Below are positions 1 to 14,690 of a DNA stretch of 64,000 nt, piece by piece. The position numbers and the translations under genes are program-made. The first letter of the stretch is position 1, and the number at the start of each line of letters is the position of its first letter. The notes beneath the pieces were generated by a model that was not told where the DNA came from, made no database searches, and saw nothing but the letters and a program-made list of their open reading frames with translations. Origin of the DNA: the human T2T-CHM13v2.0 reference genome, Homo sapiens; assembly GCF_009914755.1 (NCBI RefSeq), contig NC_060927.1; one strand, 5' to 3'.

Positions 1-340
1 TATATATATTTTTTTTAATCTTTCTTGTGTGGAATGCAAGAAAGAATTCTATTACTTTTGAACCAGCTCATACTAATTTCACAACCTCCTGCTCTGGCAT
101 GTCTAAAGAAATGGTTTCATTAGATAGAAAGAGCAACTTATGCAACTAATCACATAAGACTTATTCCTAAGATATGGTTGGGGATGGGAGGGTGAACTCC
201 TCAAACTTTTAAACCCCTTTAAAGTAATCAAAGAAAGTATGTTGAACTCTTGCTCTCCTTCGTTGAGGGGCCTCTTGAGGAAATGCCTTTATTTTCTTCA
301 TTTGTTTAAAATGAAGTTTGAAAAATGTGTACTTTTTTAA

Positions 341-743
341 ATTTGGAAATAATTTTAAACTTACAACTTATTTGGAAATAATTTTAAACTTACAACTTAT
401 TTGGAAATAATTTTAAACTTAAAATTTATTTGGAAATAATTTTAAACTTAAAACTTATTTGGAAATAATTTTAAACTTAAAACTTATTTGGAAATAATTT
501 TAAACTTAAAACTTACTTGGAAATAATTTTAAACTTAAAACTTACTTGGAAATAATTTTAAACTTAAAACTTACTTGGAAATAATTTTAAACTTAAAACT
601 TACTTGGAAATAATTTTAAACTTAAAACTTATTTGGAAATAATTTTAAACTTAAAACTTATTTGGAAATAATTTTAAACTTAAAACTTATTTGGAAATAA
701 TTTTAAACTTAAAACTTATTTGGAAATAATTTTAAACTTAAAA
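341..743. repeat. 29-bp minisatellite/VNTR, ~14 copies (ATTTGGAAATAATTTTAAACTTAAAACTT)
   Basis: Head-to-tail units at a 29-bp period (341, 370, ... 718) with no spacers. Units 1-2 end TTACAACTT; units 7-10 start ACTTGG. Confidence 0.98.
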
Positions 744-860
744 AGTTGTAATAATAAGAAATAATTAAAAGAATATTCATATAACTTTTCCCTAGAGTCA
801 CCTAATGTTAACATTTTATCTCATTTGCTTGATCAGTTTTTTTCTCTTTCTTATGTACTT
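718..860 (-). mobile_element. Old L1 (L1MC/ME-type) 3' end fragment
   Basis: GAAATAATTTTAAACTTAAAAAGTTGTAATAATA...TCACCTAATGTTAACATTTTATCTCATTTGCTT resembles the reverse complement of L1MC-class 3' termini. Confidence 0.6.
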
Positions 861-899
861 TCTCCTAGAATATACCTTATGTACCTGCTCAGGCTGAAT

Positions 900-2430
900 G
901 TATGTATTAGTGTGGAGGCAATGAAGGGAAGCAGAGGCATTCCTGATGAAAACAAAGATGATCTTTCAAGGCAAGTCCCTCAGTTGTCTGTGCAAGAACC
1001 CAGGGAACTGGAGGCATCTCTTCTGTTACAAGTGAGAGGAAATGGCTTCTTCTAGGCCAAAGGGCTCAGGAGAATCTGGAGGTCTAAGGTTCTAAGCTTA
1101 TCCAATCAAATGTCCCCACTGCAGTCTCATTCTTTTTCTATCCACGCCTTGCCTTTGACATAAGAGAACTTTAAAGGTTATACAATTAGTTTCCTCTGCA
1201 GCTTTGCTACCTTTGTAATTAATTAGAACTTGGGCCTCTGCCTTGTAGCTGCAAGAGATGAGGGTCTTTTGTTGTTGTTGTTGTTGTTTTTGAGACGGAA
1301 TCTCTCTCTGTCACCAGGCTAGAGTGTGCAGTGGCGTGATCTCAGCTCACTGCAACCTCTGACTCCTGGGTTCAAGTGATTCTCCTGCCTCATCCTCCCG
1401 AGTAGCTAGGACTACAGGCGCGCACAACCACGCCCAGCTAATTTTTGTATTTTTGTAGAGACGGGGTTTCACCAAGTTGGCCAGGGTGGTCTTGATCTCT
1501 TGACCTTGTGATCTGCTCGCCTCGGCCTCCCAAAGAGGGTCCTTTTTAAATATTTGCCATGGAGGCTTTCTTATTTTTACAACATAATTACCTGAGTCTG
1601 TTGCTTTAATCTTGGATTTGAAGCTGTAAATAAAATCTGGTCAAATCACAATGTATAAAATTATTGTCACCTCTTTATGACTTAAACGCCACCACTTAAA
1701 ACTACCTCAGAAGCTTAAGCTTCACATTCTGTGTGTACCTTATCCCGGTTCCACTGGTAAAACTCTTAGTGAAGACAATAGTGTGGCATGCAGGGGTTGG
1801 CATCGCACACTTCCTAACAGCAACACGGTCCTTACTGCTGTCCGACTGATGAGTGTGTTAGTTGTAGAATCCCATCTTAATAGTAAGCTGTCTACAGTCT
1901 CTTCTGTTACTAGACAGGTAAGACTAGTTCCCTCCCAAATCAGGTGTGAAATAATGGCTTACTAAAGATAGTTTGTTTTTGGAAGTGATCCCAAGAGATA
2001 AAAGTGAGGGTGGAAAGGATTTTTAAAAAGCAAGAAAGCAAGCCAATCTAAGAGCAAATTATCATGATAATCATCACAGCGGACAACCAGTGATACATTG
2101 TGCTAGGTGCCTTGGCGGAACCATGCAGAAAGTGTATTTATTGCCCTTGAATTTTAGAAAAAGGAAGAGTTTATCCACTGGTTCCCATCTCTCATTGATT
2201 CACAGTAGCCATATGGGGCTTAACAGATTTCCCCCATGTCTGAATAGGTAACAGGCTTCTGGCCATTGTCTCACAGAGCAGTGGAAGAGAAGCACAGGAA
2301 GGGAAGTAAAGTTACTCCGTAACGGGTGACATAAGATGCCATGGATTACACCTGCAACAGGAGGTTGACATAGCACAAACTGGAGTACAAAGGTAGGCTG
2401 AAATAATGTACAGTGAGATACAAGTTGAAT
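900..2430 (-). mobile_element. Degraded ERVL/MaLR-class internal sequence plus LTR16/LTR33-like LTR remnant
   Basis: TTTTTGGAAGTGATCCCAAGA near 1975-2000 is typical of ERVL LTRs. Upstream sequence resembles ERVL/MLT internal regions. Interrupted by an Alu. Confidence 0.4.
1271..1535 (-). mobile_element. AluSc-like, 5'-truncated
   Basis: Alu body with TCACCAGGCT and CTTGACCTTGTGATC, a (GTT)n tail, and TSD GAGGGTC on both sides. Confidence 0.93.
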
Positions 2431-2757
2431 CACTTATACTTGTCATTTTAAAAAGGGGAGATGTATTATTACCTCAAAAAATGTTAAAACAGGAATAATT
2501 TACTAATAAAATGAAGATAAGAACCTGTATTAGTTTTCTATAGCTACTGTAACAAATTATCACAAACTTGGGGGCTAAGACAGCACATAAATATTCTCTT
2601 ACAGTTCTGAAGTCCACAGGTCCAAAATTAGATTTACTGGGCTATGTTCAATGTATTAACAGAACTGATTCCTTCTGGAGGCTTTAGGGGACAAGGCAAT
2701 CTTTCCTTTTCTTTTGCAGCTTGTAGAGATTGCCTATTTTTTTTTGGTTTATGTCAC

Positions 2758-3825
<1,068 letters not shown>

Positions 3826-4095
3826 GAAATGAATCCTCTTGATAATGCATTAGTCTAATCTCTGCTTCCATTACCACATGACCTTCTCCCTAGTTCTGAT
3901 TCCTTCTGCATATCACTTATAAGAACCCTTGTGATTATATTCAGCCCATCTAGATAAACCAGGATATTCTCTTCATCTCAAAATCTCTAACTTCATTATA
4001 TCATTAAAGTCTTTTTGCCATATAAGTTAACATTCACAGGTCCTGAGGATTGGGATGTAGGCACCTTAAAAGGGGCATTATTTAGGCCTGTCCTG

Positions 4096-4445
4096 TGGCC
4101 CCCAAAGATTCACAAGCATCTCACATGCAAAATACTTCCATCAAAATCAGGTGTGTTGAAATTCTGGGTATAATCTATTCTGAGGCAAAAATTTAACTTC
4201 ATTTCTAGATCTGTGAGACCACAAAACAAGTTATCTGTTTCCAAATTACAGTGGTGGGGCAGGCATAGAACAATAGCTATATGTTCCGATTCCAAAAGGG
4301 AGGCAATAGAAAGAAGAAAAGAGTTATTGATCCCAAGTAATTTCAAAATTCAACCAGGCCCACTTCATTAAGTTTGAAGGCCTGGAAATAATCTTCTGTA
4401 GCTCTGACTTCACCACGTGGACTCATAGATTCATCTTCCGAGTCC
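4096..4445 (-). mobile_element. MLT1-int (MaLR internal), part 1
   Basis: Abuts the MLT1 LTR. CTCACATGCAAAATAC, AACAAGTTATCTGTTTCCAAA and ATTCCAAAAGGGAG are typical of MLT1-int. Confidence 0.7.
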
Positions 4446-5324
4446 ATTCTTATTTTCTTTTCTACATTTGACACATTGTTCTTCATCATTTGACACACTG
4501 TTAGGGTCACAGAAAAATTGAATGGAAAGTACAGATAGTTCCTATACATGCCCTTCTCCCACACATGTGCAGCCTTGGCACTATTAAAATCCCTCACTAA
4601 CTGGTACATTAGTTACATTAATGTGTGAATTAGTAAAACTCCATTCACACATTATATTACCCAGACTCCATAGTTTGCAACAGAGTTCACTATTGGTGTA
4701 GCACATTCTGTGGGTTGTAACAAATGCATAATGACATGTACCAACCATTATACAGAGTATTTCCACTGACCTAAAAATTTTCTGTGCTTTAACTGTTCAT
4801 TCCGCCCTGCTCCCAACCCCTGGGAATTCCTGAACTTTATAATGTCTCCATAGGTGTATATTTTCCAGAATGGCATACAGAAGGAATCATAGGATATGCA
4901 GCCTTTTCGAATTTGCTTTCACTTACTAATATGCATTTAAGTTTCCTTCATGTCTTTTCACAGGTTGATAACTCTTTACATGTTAGTGCCAAATAATATT
5001 TTATTGTCTGTATTTGTCATGGTTTATTTATCCATTCACTTACTGGCAAACATTTTGATTGCTTTCAAATTTTGGCAGTTAGGAATAAAGTTGCTATAAA
5101 TATCTGTTTGCAGGTTTTTGTGTGGAAGTAATTTTCCATTCACTGGATCATACGGTAAGAATATGCTTAGTTTTGTGAGAAACTACCAAACTGTCTTCTA
5201 AAATGGCTGTATCATTTTACGTTCCCACCAGCAATGACTGAGAGCTCCTGTGGCTTTATATCCTCTCCAGCATTTTGTGTTATCAGTATGTTAGATTTTG
5301 GCCTTTCTAATAGGTGTGTAGTAG

Positions 5325-5944
<620 letters not shown>

Positions 5945-6994
5945 CAAAAGGTTTTTTTTTAACATAAAAATTCTTCTTTAAATCCCAGCTTCTTCTTGCT
6001 CTTTTATTGGGTTTGCATTAAATCTATATAGATGATATTGGGAAGAACTGGCATCATGGCAATATTTTTCCTTCCTATACATGAACATGGGATATTTCTC
6101 CATTTATTCAGTTCTTTGATTTCTTTAATCAAAGTTTTATAATTTTCCTTATATAGATCTTGTACATATGTTGTTAGGTTTATACCTGTGTATTACATTT
6201 TGAGGGGCAGTAATGCAAATGGTATTGTGTTTTAAACTTCAAATTCTACTTGTTCATTGTTGGTATATAGCAACACAACTAAATTTTATGTATCAACGTT
6301 GTATTCTGCGGCCTTGCTATAATTGCTTATCAGTTTTAGGAGATTTTTTTCAATTCTTTTGGACTTTTTACACAGGTTATCACGACATATGAAAACAAAG
6401 ACAGTTCTATTTATTTTCTTCTCAATCTGTATATTTTCTGCTTCTTTTTCTTGTATTATTTCATTACCTATGACTTCCACTATGATGTTGAGAAGGCATA
6501 TAAAAGGGGACTTGCCTTATTCCTTGTCTTATTCCTGATCTTAATTAGAAAGCTCCTAGTTTCCCACCGTTAACTATGATGATAACAGCAAGTTTATATG
6601 TTGATATTCTTTGTCAAGTTGAATAAGTTGCGTCTATTCTTAGTTTACTGAGAGTTCTTGTTGTGAAGGGGCGTTGGATATTATCAGATGTTCTTTCTGC
6701 ATCAATTGAAATCATATGATTTTAAAAAATTCTTCAGACTATTAATATGAAGGAATACATTCATTGATTTCCAAATGTTTAACCAGTTGTACCTACCTGA
6801 ATAAATTCCACTTGGTTGTAGTGTGTAATTATTTTAATACATTGTTGGTTTTGATACGCTAATATTTTGTTGAGAAGTTTTGCATCTGTGTCCATGAGAT
6901 ATATTGGTCTTTGGCTTACTTTTCTTGCAATGTCTTTTTCTGATTTTGGTATTGGGGTAATGCTGGCCTCATAGAGTGAGTTAGAAAGTATTCT

Positions 6995-7350
6995 TATGAA
7001 ATACTATGAAGCCATTAAAAAAGAATGAAATTATATCCTTTGCAGCAACATGGCTAAAGTTGGAGGCCATTATCCTCAGTGAAATAACTCAGAAAATCAA
7101 GTATCACATGGTCTTACTTACAAGTGAGAGCTAACAATGGCTACACATTGACATAAAGAAGGAAATAATAGACCCTGGTGACTCCAAAACAGAGAAAACT
7201 GGGAGGGGAGTAAGATTTGAAATACCTATTGTCTATAATATTTACTATTTGGGTGACAGGTACACTAGAATCCCAATCCCCACAATTATGCAATATACTC
7301 ATGTAAAAGAATTGTGCACATGTACTCCCTGAATCTGAAACGAAATATAT
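6995..7350 (+). mobile_element. L1PB-type 3' end fragment
   Basis: AAGAATGAAATTATATCCTTTGCAGCAACATGG...GGTACACTAGAATCCCAATCCCCAC...CACATGTACTCCCTGAATCT; degenerate TSD AAAGTATTC/AAAGCATCC. Confidence 0.85.
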
Positions 7351-9065
7351 GTTTTTTAAAGCATCCGCTTGGCTTCTATCTTCTGGAAGGGATTGCAGAT
7401 AATTTTTTTTAATGTTTGCTAGAATTTACCAGCGAACCTGTTTGGGCCTGATGCTTTCTGTTTCAGAAGATATTTAATTATGAATTTAATTTTTTCAATA
7501 GTTACAGGCATATTTACATAGTCTACTAATTTCTTCTTATGTGAATTTTGACAGATTGTGTCTTTCAGAAAATTTGTCCACTTCATCTAGATTGTCAAAT
7601 TTGTTGGCAAAGAATTGTTCATACTATATTTTATTATAATTTAAGGTCCATGGAACCTGTAATGATTTCCCCCTTTTAAATTCTGATATTAGTAATTTGT
7701 GTCCTCTCTCTCTTTTTTCTTATTTAGTCTGGCTTATATATTTTATTAATCTTTCAAGCAACCAACTTTGGTTTCATCAATTTTTCTCTATTTCTTATTT
7801 TTAGTTTTATTGATTTCTGCTCTAATTTTTGTTATTTCTTTTTTCCTGCTTACTTGGGTTGCAATTGGCTTTTATTTTTCAGATTGCCTAGAGTGGAAGC
7901 TTAGAGCATTGATTTTAAATCTTTTTAGTTTTCTAAAAATGCATTAAATGTTATATATTTCCCTCTAAGCACAGCTTTTACAGCATTCCACAAATTTTGA
8001 TAAGCTGTATTTTCATTTTATTTAGTTCAAAATGTTTTTTAATTTTTTTAAGGATTCTTCTTTTATCCATGTGTTATTTAAAATTGTGCTGCTCAATCAA
8101 AGTGTTTTGGAATTTTCCAACTATCTTTCTGGTTTTGGTTTCTATTTTAATTATGTTGCAGACTCAGAACAGATATTGCCTGTTTTTAAAAAATCATTCA
8201 TCTGGCAGATATATATTGTATGTCAAATATGCAGCAGTCACAATGGGGGAATTCCAATATGATTTAATCTTTAACATCATAGATCCTATAGATGATAATC
8301 GTTTTTCTCCAAAGTCACATTTTTAGGGGTAAAACCTGATGTATGTAATTTTATATTCTTTTCAACTTGTTACGGTATGTTTTATGGCCCAGAATGTGAT
8401 CTTGATAAATGTTACATGCGACTTTGAGAAGAATAGATATTCTACTGTTGTCAAATGAAGTTCTACTAGTTGCCTTTGTTCTTTGTTTCTGTCTGTCTTC
8501 CACTCCTTTTCTGCTCTTTGTGTTTTAATTATTTTATATAACACCATTTTCTCATTTTTTAGCATATCAGTTATACTTCTTTAGTAGTTGACCTAGTTTG
8601 CAATAAACAATTACTAAAAATCCAAATCCAAGTCCCCACTTTCAAATAACACTTTACTGCTTCATGTGTAGTGCAAGTATCTCATAATAACAAAATATTC
8701 TTATTTCTTCTCTCCTATCCTTTATATCATTGCCATCATTAATTTCATTCATATGTATGCTATAATCATCATATGGTTATTACTGCTATTTTGAGCAAGC
8801 ACTATCTGTTAAGTCAATTAAGAATAAGAAAAATGAAAGGTTTTATTTCATCTTCACTTATTCCTTTTCTAATGTTCTTCCATTCTTAATGTAGGTTCAA
8901 GTTTCTGACCAATATAATTTTCTTTCTGTCTGAAGAATTTTGTTTACCATTTTTCGTGAGGCAGATCTCCTGGCAACAAATTCCTTCAGTTATTGTTTGT
9001 CTGAAAAGTCTATTTCTCCTTCGCTTTCAAAAGATATTTTTGCAGGAGACAGAATTGTAGCTTGG

Positions 9066-9330
9066 TGTTTGTGTTTGTTTATTTGTTTTGGGGTTTTGTT
9101 TTGAGACGGGGTTTCACTCTTTCACCCAGCTTGGAGTGCAGTGGTATGATCACGGCTCACTGCAGCCTCAACTTCCCAGGCTCAAGCAATTCTCCTACCT
9201 TTCAGCCTCTTAAGCAGCTGTGACTATACTCAGTTAATCCTTGTATTTTTTGTAGAGGCAGAATTTTGTCATATTGACCAGGCTGGTCTTAAACCCCAGG
9301 GCTCAAGTAATCCTCCCACCTCAGCCTCCT
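9066..9330 (-). mobile_element. AluJ, 5'-truncated with small internal deletion
   Basis: GATCACGGCTCACTGCAGCCTCAAC and GGCTCAAG diagnostics. Confidence 0.9.
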
Positions 9331-9774
9331 CTCTATATTTGCATGATGTTTGAGGAGATCTTGGCTATAATTCTTATCTTTGACTCCTCTGTAGGTAAGG
9401 TGTTTTTATCCTTTTGTTTCAAGATTTTTAAAATTTATCTTTGATTTTCTGCATTTTGAAAATGACATGCCTAGATGTAGGTTTTTTTTGTTTGTTGGTT
9501 TTTTTTTTGTTCTTGTTTTTTGTTTTTTTAGTTATCCTGATTGGTGTTATCTGAGATTTCTGGATCGGTAATTTGGTGTCTGGCATTAATTTGTAGAAGT
9601 CTTAGTCATTATTGTTTCAAATATTCCTCCCATTCCTTTCTCTTTATGTTTTTTTTCTTTCTGGGATACCCTTCATGAATATGTTACACCTTTTGTATTT
9701 GTCCCACAGTTCTCAGACATTCCGTTATTTTAAAGAATATTTTTCTTTTTGCTTTTAGTCTTGAAAACTTGTAT

Positions 9775-10630
9775 TCACAAGAAAAAACAAACAATCCCAT
9801 AAAAAAAGTGGGCAAAGGAGATGAACCGATACTTTTCAAAAGAAGACATACGTGTGGCATTAATCCTATGAAAAAAAGCTCAACATCAATGATCATTAGA
9901 GAAATGCAAATCAAAATAATGAGATACCAACTCACACCAGTAAGAATGGCTATTATTAAAAAGTCAAAAAATAGCAGATGCTGGCAAGGTTGTGGAGAAA
10001 AAGGAATTCTTATACACTGTTGGTGGGAGTGTGAATTAGTTCAGCCATTGTGGCGAAGTTAGTTCAGACAGTGTGGCAATTCTTTAAAGACCTAAAGACA
10101 GAAATACCATTTGACCCACCAATCCCATTACTGGATATATGCCCAAAGGAATATCAGTCTTCTTATAAAGACACATGAACACATATGTTCATTACAGTAC
10201 TATTCACAATAGCAAAGACATGGAATCAATCTAAATGCCCGTCAATGATAGACTGGATAAAGAAAATGTGGCACATATCTACCATGGAATACTATGCAGC
10301 CATAAAAAAGAATCAGATCATGTCCTTTGCAGAAACATGGATGGAGCTGGAGACCATTATCCTTAGCAAACTAACACAGAAACAGAAAATTAAATACTGC
10401 ATGCTCTCACTTACAAGTGGGAGCTAAATATTGAGAACACATGGACACACAGAGGGGAACAACACACACTGAGGCCTTTCAGAGGGTGGAGGGTGGATGG
10501 AGGGAGAGGATCAGGAAAAATAACTAATGGGTACTAGTCTTAATACCTGAGTGATGAAATAATCTGTACAACAAACCTCCATGACATGAGTTTACCTATG
10601 TAACAAACCTGCACATGTACCCATGAACTT
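9775..10630 (+). mobile_element. L1PA13-like 3' fragment (ORF2 C-terminus plus 3'UTR)
   Basis: ORFs 9769-10062 and 10185-10427 are L1 ORF2 C-terminal sequence ([33 protein letters not shown]). 3'UTR GGGAGAGGATCAGGAAAAATAACTAATGGGTAC. Confidence 0.93.
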
Positions 10631-10632
10631 TC

Positions 10633-10790
10633 GTGATGGCTCACGCCTGTAATCCCAGCACTTTGGGAGGTTGAGGCGGGTGGATCACAAGGTCAGGAGA
10701 TCGAGGCCATCCTGGCTAACACAGTGAAACTCTGGCTCTACTAAAAATACAAAAAAAAAAAACAAAACAAAAAAAGAAACAAACAAAAAA
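10633..10790 (+). mobile_element. AluY left monomer plus A-rich tail
   Basis: GGATCACAAGGTCAGGAGATCGAGGCCATCCTGGCTAACACAGTGAAAC followed by an A-tail; no right arm. Confidence 0.9.
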
Positions 10791-11934
10791 AAACTTGTAT
10801 TGAGATACCCTCAAGCTTAAGGAAATTATTTTCTTTGGCAGTTTCCAGTCTACTAATGGGCCCACCAAAGGCTTTAGTTCCGTTACAGTGTTTTTAATGT
10901 CTAGCATTTCTTTTTTATTCTTTCTCAGAATTTCCATCTTTCAGCTTATATTGCCCATCTGTACTGGCGTGTTGTCTACTTTTCCATTAGAGCTCTTACC
11001 ATATTACTCATAGTTCTCCCAGGACAGGGATTCTAACATCTCTGCCTCAGTCTGGTTCTGTTGCTTGCTGTGGCCTTTCAAAGTGTGTTTTTATTTTGTT
11101 TTATTTGCCATTTAATATGCCTTGTAACTTTCTGTTGAAAGCCAAGCACGATATACCAGGTAAAATAAACTTTGGTAAATAGGTCTTTAGTGATGTGGCC
11201 GTAAGTTGTGGGGCAAGGGAAGTTTTCTATAGTCCTATAATTAAGCCTAATCTTTTAGTGAATCTGTGTCTTTGAGCTGTAAACATCACAAGTGCTTTTC
11301 AGTTTTCACACCCTTTAGATGGGACAGGATGGCCAGGAGCACCTGGGTTTAATTATTTTCCTTCCCTCTCTAAATACTATATGGGCTAGAGTTGGGCATT
11401 TCCTCTTCCGGATCAGTTAGGCTCTGACACAACCTCAATACATTAGAATCTGATAAAACAATGTTTCTTGGGGTAGGCCTTGTTAAGAAGAACAGAATGC
11501 TCTGGCATTTTTCAATATGGTTACATGTTTCTTCTTGCTGCTAGGAGCAAAAGGGGATTTTTCTCTTATTTTTACTATGGGAATCTGCTATAACTCCTGA
11601 ATGTGAAACTCATAAAAGTGTGGTGGTTCCCCTACGACTTAGCCTTCCTGTAGTTTTTAACTCTTTGACTTGTCCAGACTGATCCAATGTATTAATTACA
11701 GTTTGGTTTTTCTACCCTATTACAGGTTCCAGTAGAGGTTTCTGCTCAGTAATTGTGATCCTCTGAATCCATCTGTTTCTTCCGTTTTTGGAGGTCATGG
11801 TTTGCCCTGTGATCTCACCTTTCTAATGGATCTAAGAAAAGTTGATTTTTCAGTAATGTTCAGGTTTTTACTTCTTGTTAGTATTTGGTGACAATTTCCA
11901 AGCTTCTTACATGCTGGGATAAAAACTGGAAGTT

Positions 11935-12897
11935 CCTCTTTCCTTTTTCATGAAGGGCCTCACAAATTTTGAGATGAGTAGTTTTATTGTCCTGCTTTTT
12001 GTCTATGAAATGTGTGGAGTTCCACAATCTTCTTTCATCTTTTTCTTGTTCCATTGCTTCTTGGCCTTTGGCTAAGATCAAATGCAGTTATCTTCCTTGT
12101 CTTGTTCAGTCCAAGCTTGCAGGTTTGGAATTCTCAAAAGCCTTGTCTGTCTCCTATGCATTTCATGAGTATTCACTGTATTAAATAGGAAGTTCCTCTA
12201 TAGGCATTTCTTAGATAAACACATCTCTATATTTGGCTTCTCTTGTGACAGTTTAAGGTATGCATGAGTTACATGCCTATTCAACCAGCCCTCCATGTGA
12301 ACGAATACTATGAACTTTTTTTCCTTTGCAGCACTAGCAAAATTTTATCAGCCACACCTTCTTAGTAGTGACTCTCCTAATATTAGTGTCTTTTGAAATC
12401 TGGATAGACTGAGGATTTTCAAATCATCACTTCCTGGTTCCTTTTCGCCTATTTTCCCCATCTCTTTATCTCTTTCCTATCACATTTTACTATAAGCAAG
12501 AAGAAACTAGACTGTATCTTCAACAATCTGCTGGCACATCTCCTCAGCTAAATATCTAAGTCTATCGCTTACAAGTTCTGCCTTTCACATAGCTATAGAA
12601 CATAATTCAGCAGCATTTGCCACATAAAAATACTGTTAGCTCGACAAAAAAGATCCCTTTTCCTTTTTCTAATAACATGTTGCTTATTTTTTCCTAAGTC
12701 CTCCCCACCATCACCTTTGAAGTCCATATTTTTATCAACAGCATGTTTACAATGATTTATATGTTTTCTGAGGTAATACAGGTTTATTCTATCATGCCCC
12801 TCTAAATTCTTCCATTATATCCATTACCTAAATTAAAAGGCACTTCACACATTTAAGAATTTGTCAAGCAGCACCCCACTGTCAGTTAACAAAATTT
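11935..12897 (-). mobile_element. MLT1-int, part 2
   Basis: MaLR-internal motifs (CTCCTCAGCTAAATATCTAAG, GCAGCACCCCACTGTCAG) leading into an MLT1 LTR. Confidence 0.7.
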
Positions 12898-13385
12898 GTA
12901 ATATTAGTTCCTCCTGTTGCTGTAACAACGTGCAAGAAACGTGTTGACTTAAAGCAACACAAATGTGTTCTCTTGAAGTTTTGGAGGTGAAAAGTTCAAA
13001 ATCAGCTGCTATGGTATAAAGTCATGGTGTTAGCAGGGCTGATTCTCTCTGAAGGTTCTGGAAAAGAATTGATTTCCTTGGATTTCCTGCTCTTAGAGGC
13101 TATCTGAATACATTGACTAGTGACTCCTTCCTCCATCAAAAACGTGTAATTTCGTTCTCTGATTTCATCATTACATGGCCTTCTCTCTAGCACGGACTCC
13201 TCCTACGTCCCTCTCATAAGGACATTTGTGATCACATTAGGCCCAGGTGAACGATTCACAATGATTTCCCCACCTAAAAATTCCTAACTATATCTCATCT
13301 GCAAAGCCTCTTTTGCATTCATTGGTTCTAAGAAGTTGGACATGAGTATCTTGGTGGCGATTAGAACAACTTTTAGCCTATCAGA
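12898..13385 (-). mobile_element. MLT1 (D/C-like) LTR
   Basis: TATTAGTTCCTCCTGTTGCTGTAACAA...ATAAGGACATTTGTGATCACATTAGGCCCA...CATCTGCAAAGCCTCTTTTGC. Confidence 0.8.
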
Positions 13386-13464
13386 GACTGTGAGTTCCCA
13401 AAGGTTCTTTAGAAAGTAACGAAAGGTGAGCGAAGTCTCTATTCTTAAATAGAACAGAAGATAA

Positions 13465-14690
13465 ATGTTCTGGTTTGTTTGGTTAATAAATTTTATTGTG
13501 TATATTTGGGGTTTACAACATAATGTTATGGTACATATTGATAGTAAAATGGTTACTATAGTGAAGGAAATTTTAATATCAATCAACTCACATAGTTACA
13601 TTTTTATGAGAAGAGCAGCTCAAATCTGTTTACTTAAAAAAAAATTCCTAATACAAACAATTGTATTAACTATAGTCCTCATGTAGTACATTTCTAGACT
13701 TGATTATCCTATGTATCCGATACTTTGTATCCTTTGAACTACATCTCCCCATCTCCTCCCACACCCAAGTCAGTCCTCATAACCACTGTTTTATTCTTTT
13801 TCTCTGTATATTTGATGTTTTGAAAAATATGCCACATATAAGTGAAATAATGCAACATTTTTCTTTATGTGCCTGCCTTATTTCACTTAGCATAATGTTT
13901 TCCATGGCAATCCACATTGTGTCAAATTATGGCTGAATAATGTGTGTATATATATATATACATAAAACATTTTCTTTATCCATTTTTTCATCTATAAACA
14001 CTTGGGTTGTATCTAAGTCTTGGCTATTGTTAGCAATGCTACAATGAACATAAGGGTATAGATATTTTTACGAAATGGTGATTTTATCTCCTTTGGGTGC
14101 ATACCCAGAAGAGAGATTGCTGGGTCTTATGGTAGTTCTGTTTGTTAAAGAACATCCATACTGATTTCCATAACTGTTGCACCAATCTACATTCTCATCA
14201 ACAGTTTGCAATAGTTTCTTTCTCTTCATACCCTTGACAACATTTGTTATCTCTTGTCTTTTGATAATAGCCACCCTAACTGTGGTAAGGTGATATAGTC
14301 ATTTTGGTCTTAATTTCTCTGGTGGTTAGTGATGTTGAGCACAGTTTCATATACCTGTTAGCCATTTTTTTAGGTTCTCTTTGGAGAAATGTCTGTTCAG
14401 GTACTTTGCCCATTTTTAAATTAGGTTTTTTGTTTTTCTATTATTGAATAATAAGTTATTTGTAAATTTTGGATATTAGCCTCTCATTAGATACTGGTTT
14501 ACAAGTATTATTTCTCAGTCTGTGGGTTGCTTTTTAATTTTGTTGATTTTTTTCCTTTGCTGTGCAAATGCTTTTTATTTTAACATAGCCCCATTTATTT
14601 ATTTTTGGTTTTATCCTCTGAGCTTTCAGTGTGATATTCAAAAAGTCATCACCAAGATGAATGTCAAGGAGCCCTTTCCCTATGTTCTCT
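13465..14690 (-). mobile_element. L1MA6/7-like 3' fragment
   Basis: AAGAGCAGCTCAAATCT...TATTAACTATAGTCCTCATG 3'UTR, then ORF2 C-terminal remnant (ORF 14068-14274). Confidence 0.85.

Noticed and set aside
341-743. CRISPR-like array (29-bp repeats)
   Set aside because: Units are head to tail with no unique spacers, there are no cas genes, and the context is eukaryotic. It is a minisatellite.
9769-10427. ORFs resembling a reverse-transcriptase protein C-terminus
   Set aside because: Broken L1 ORF2 remnants of a 5'-truncated L1PA element.
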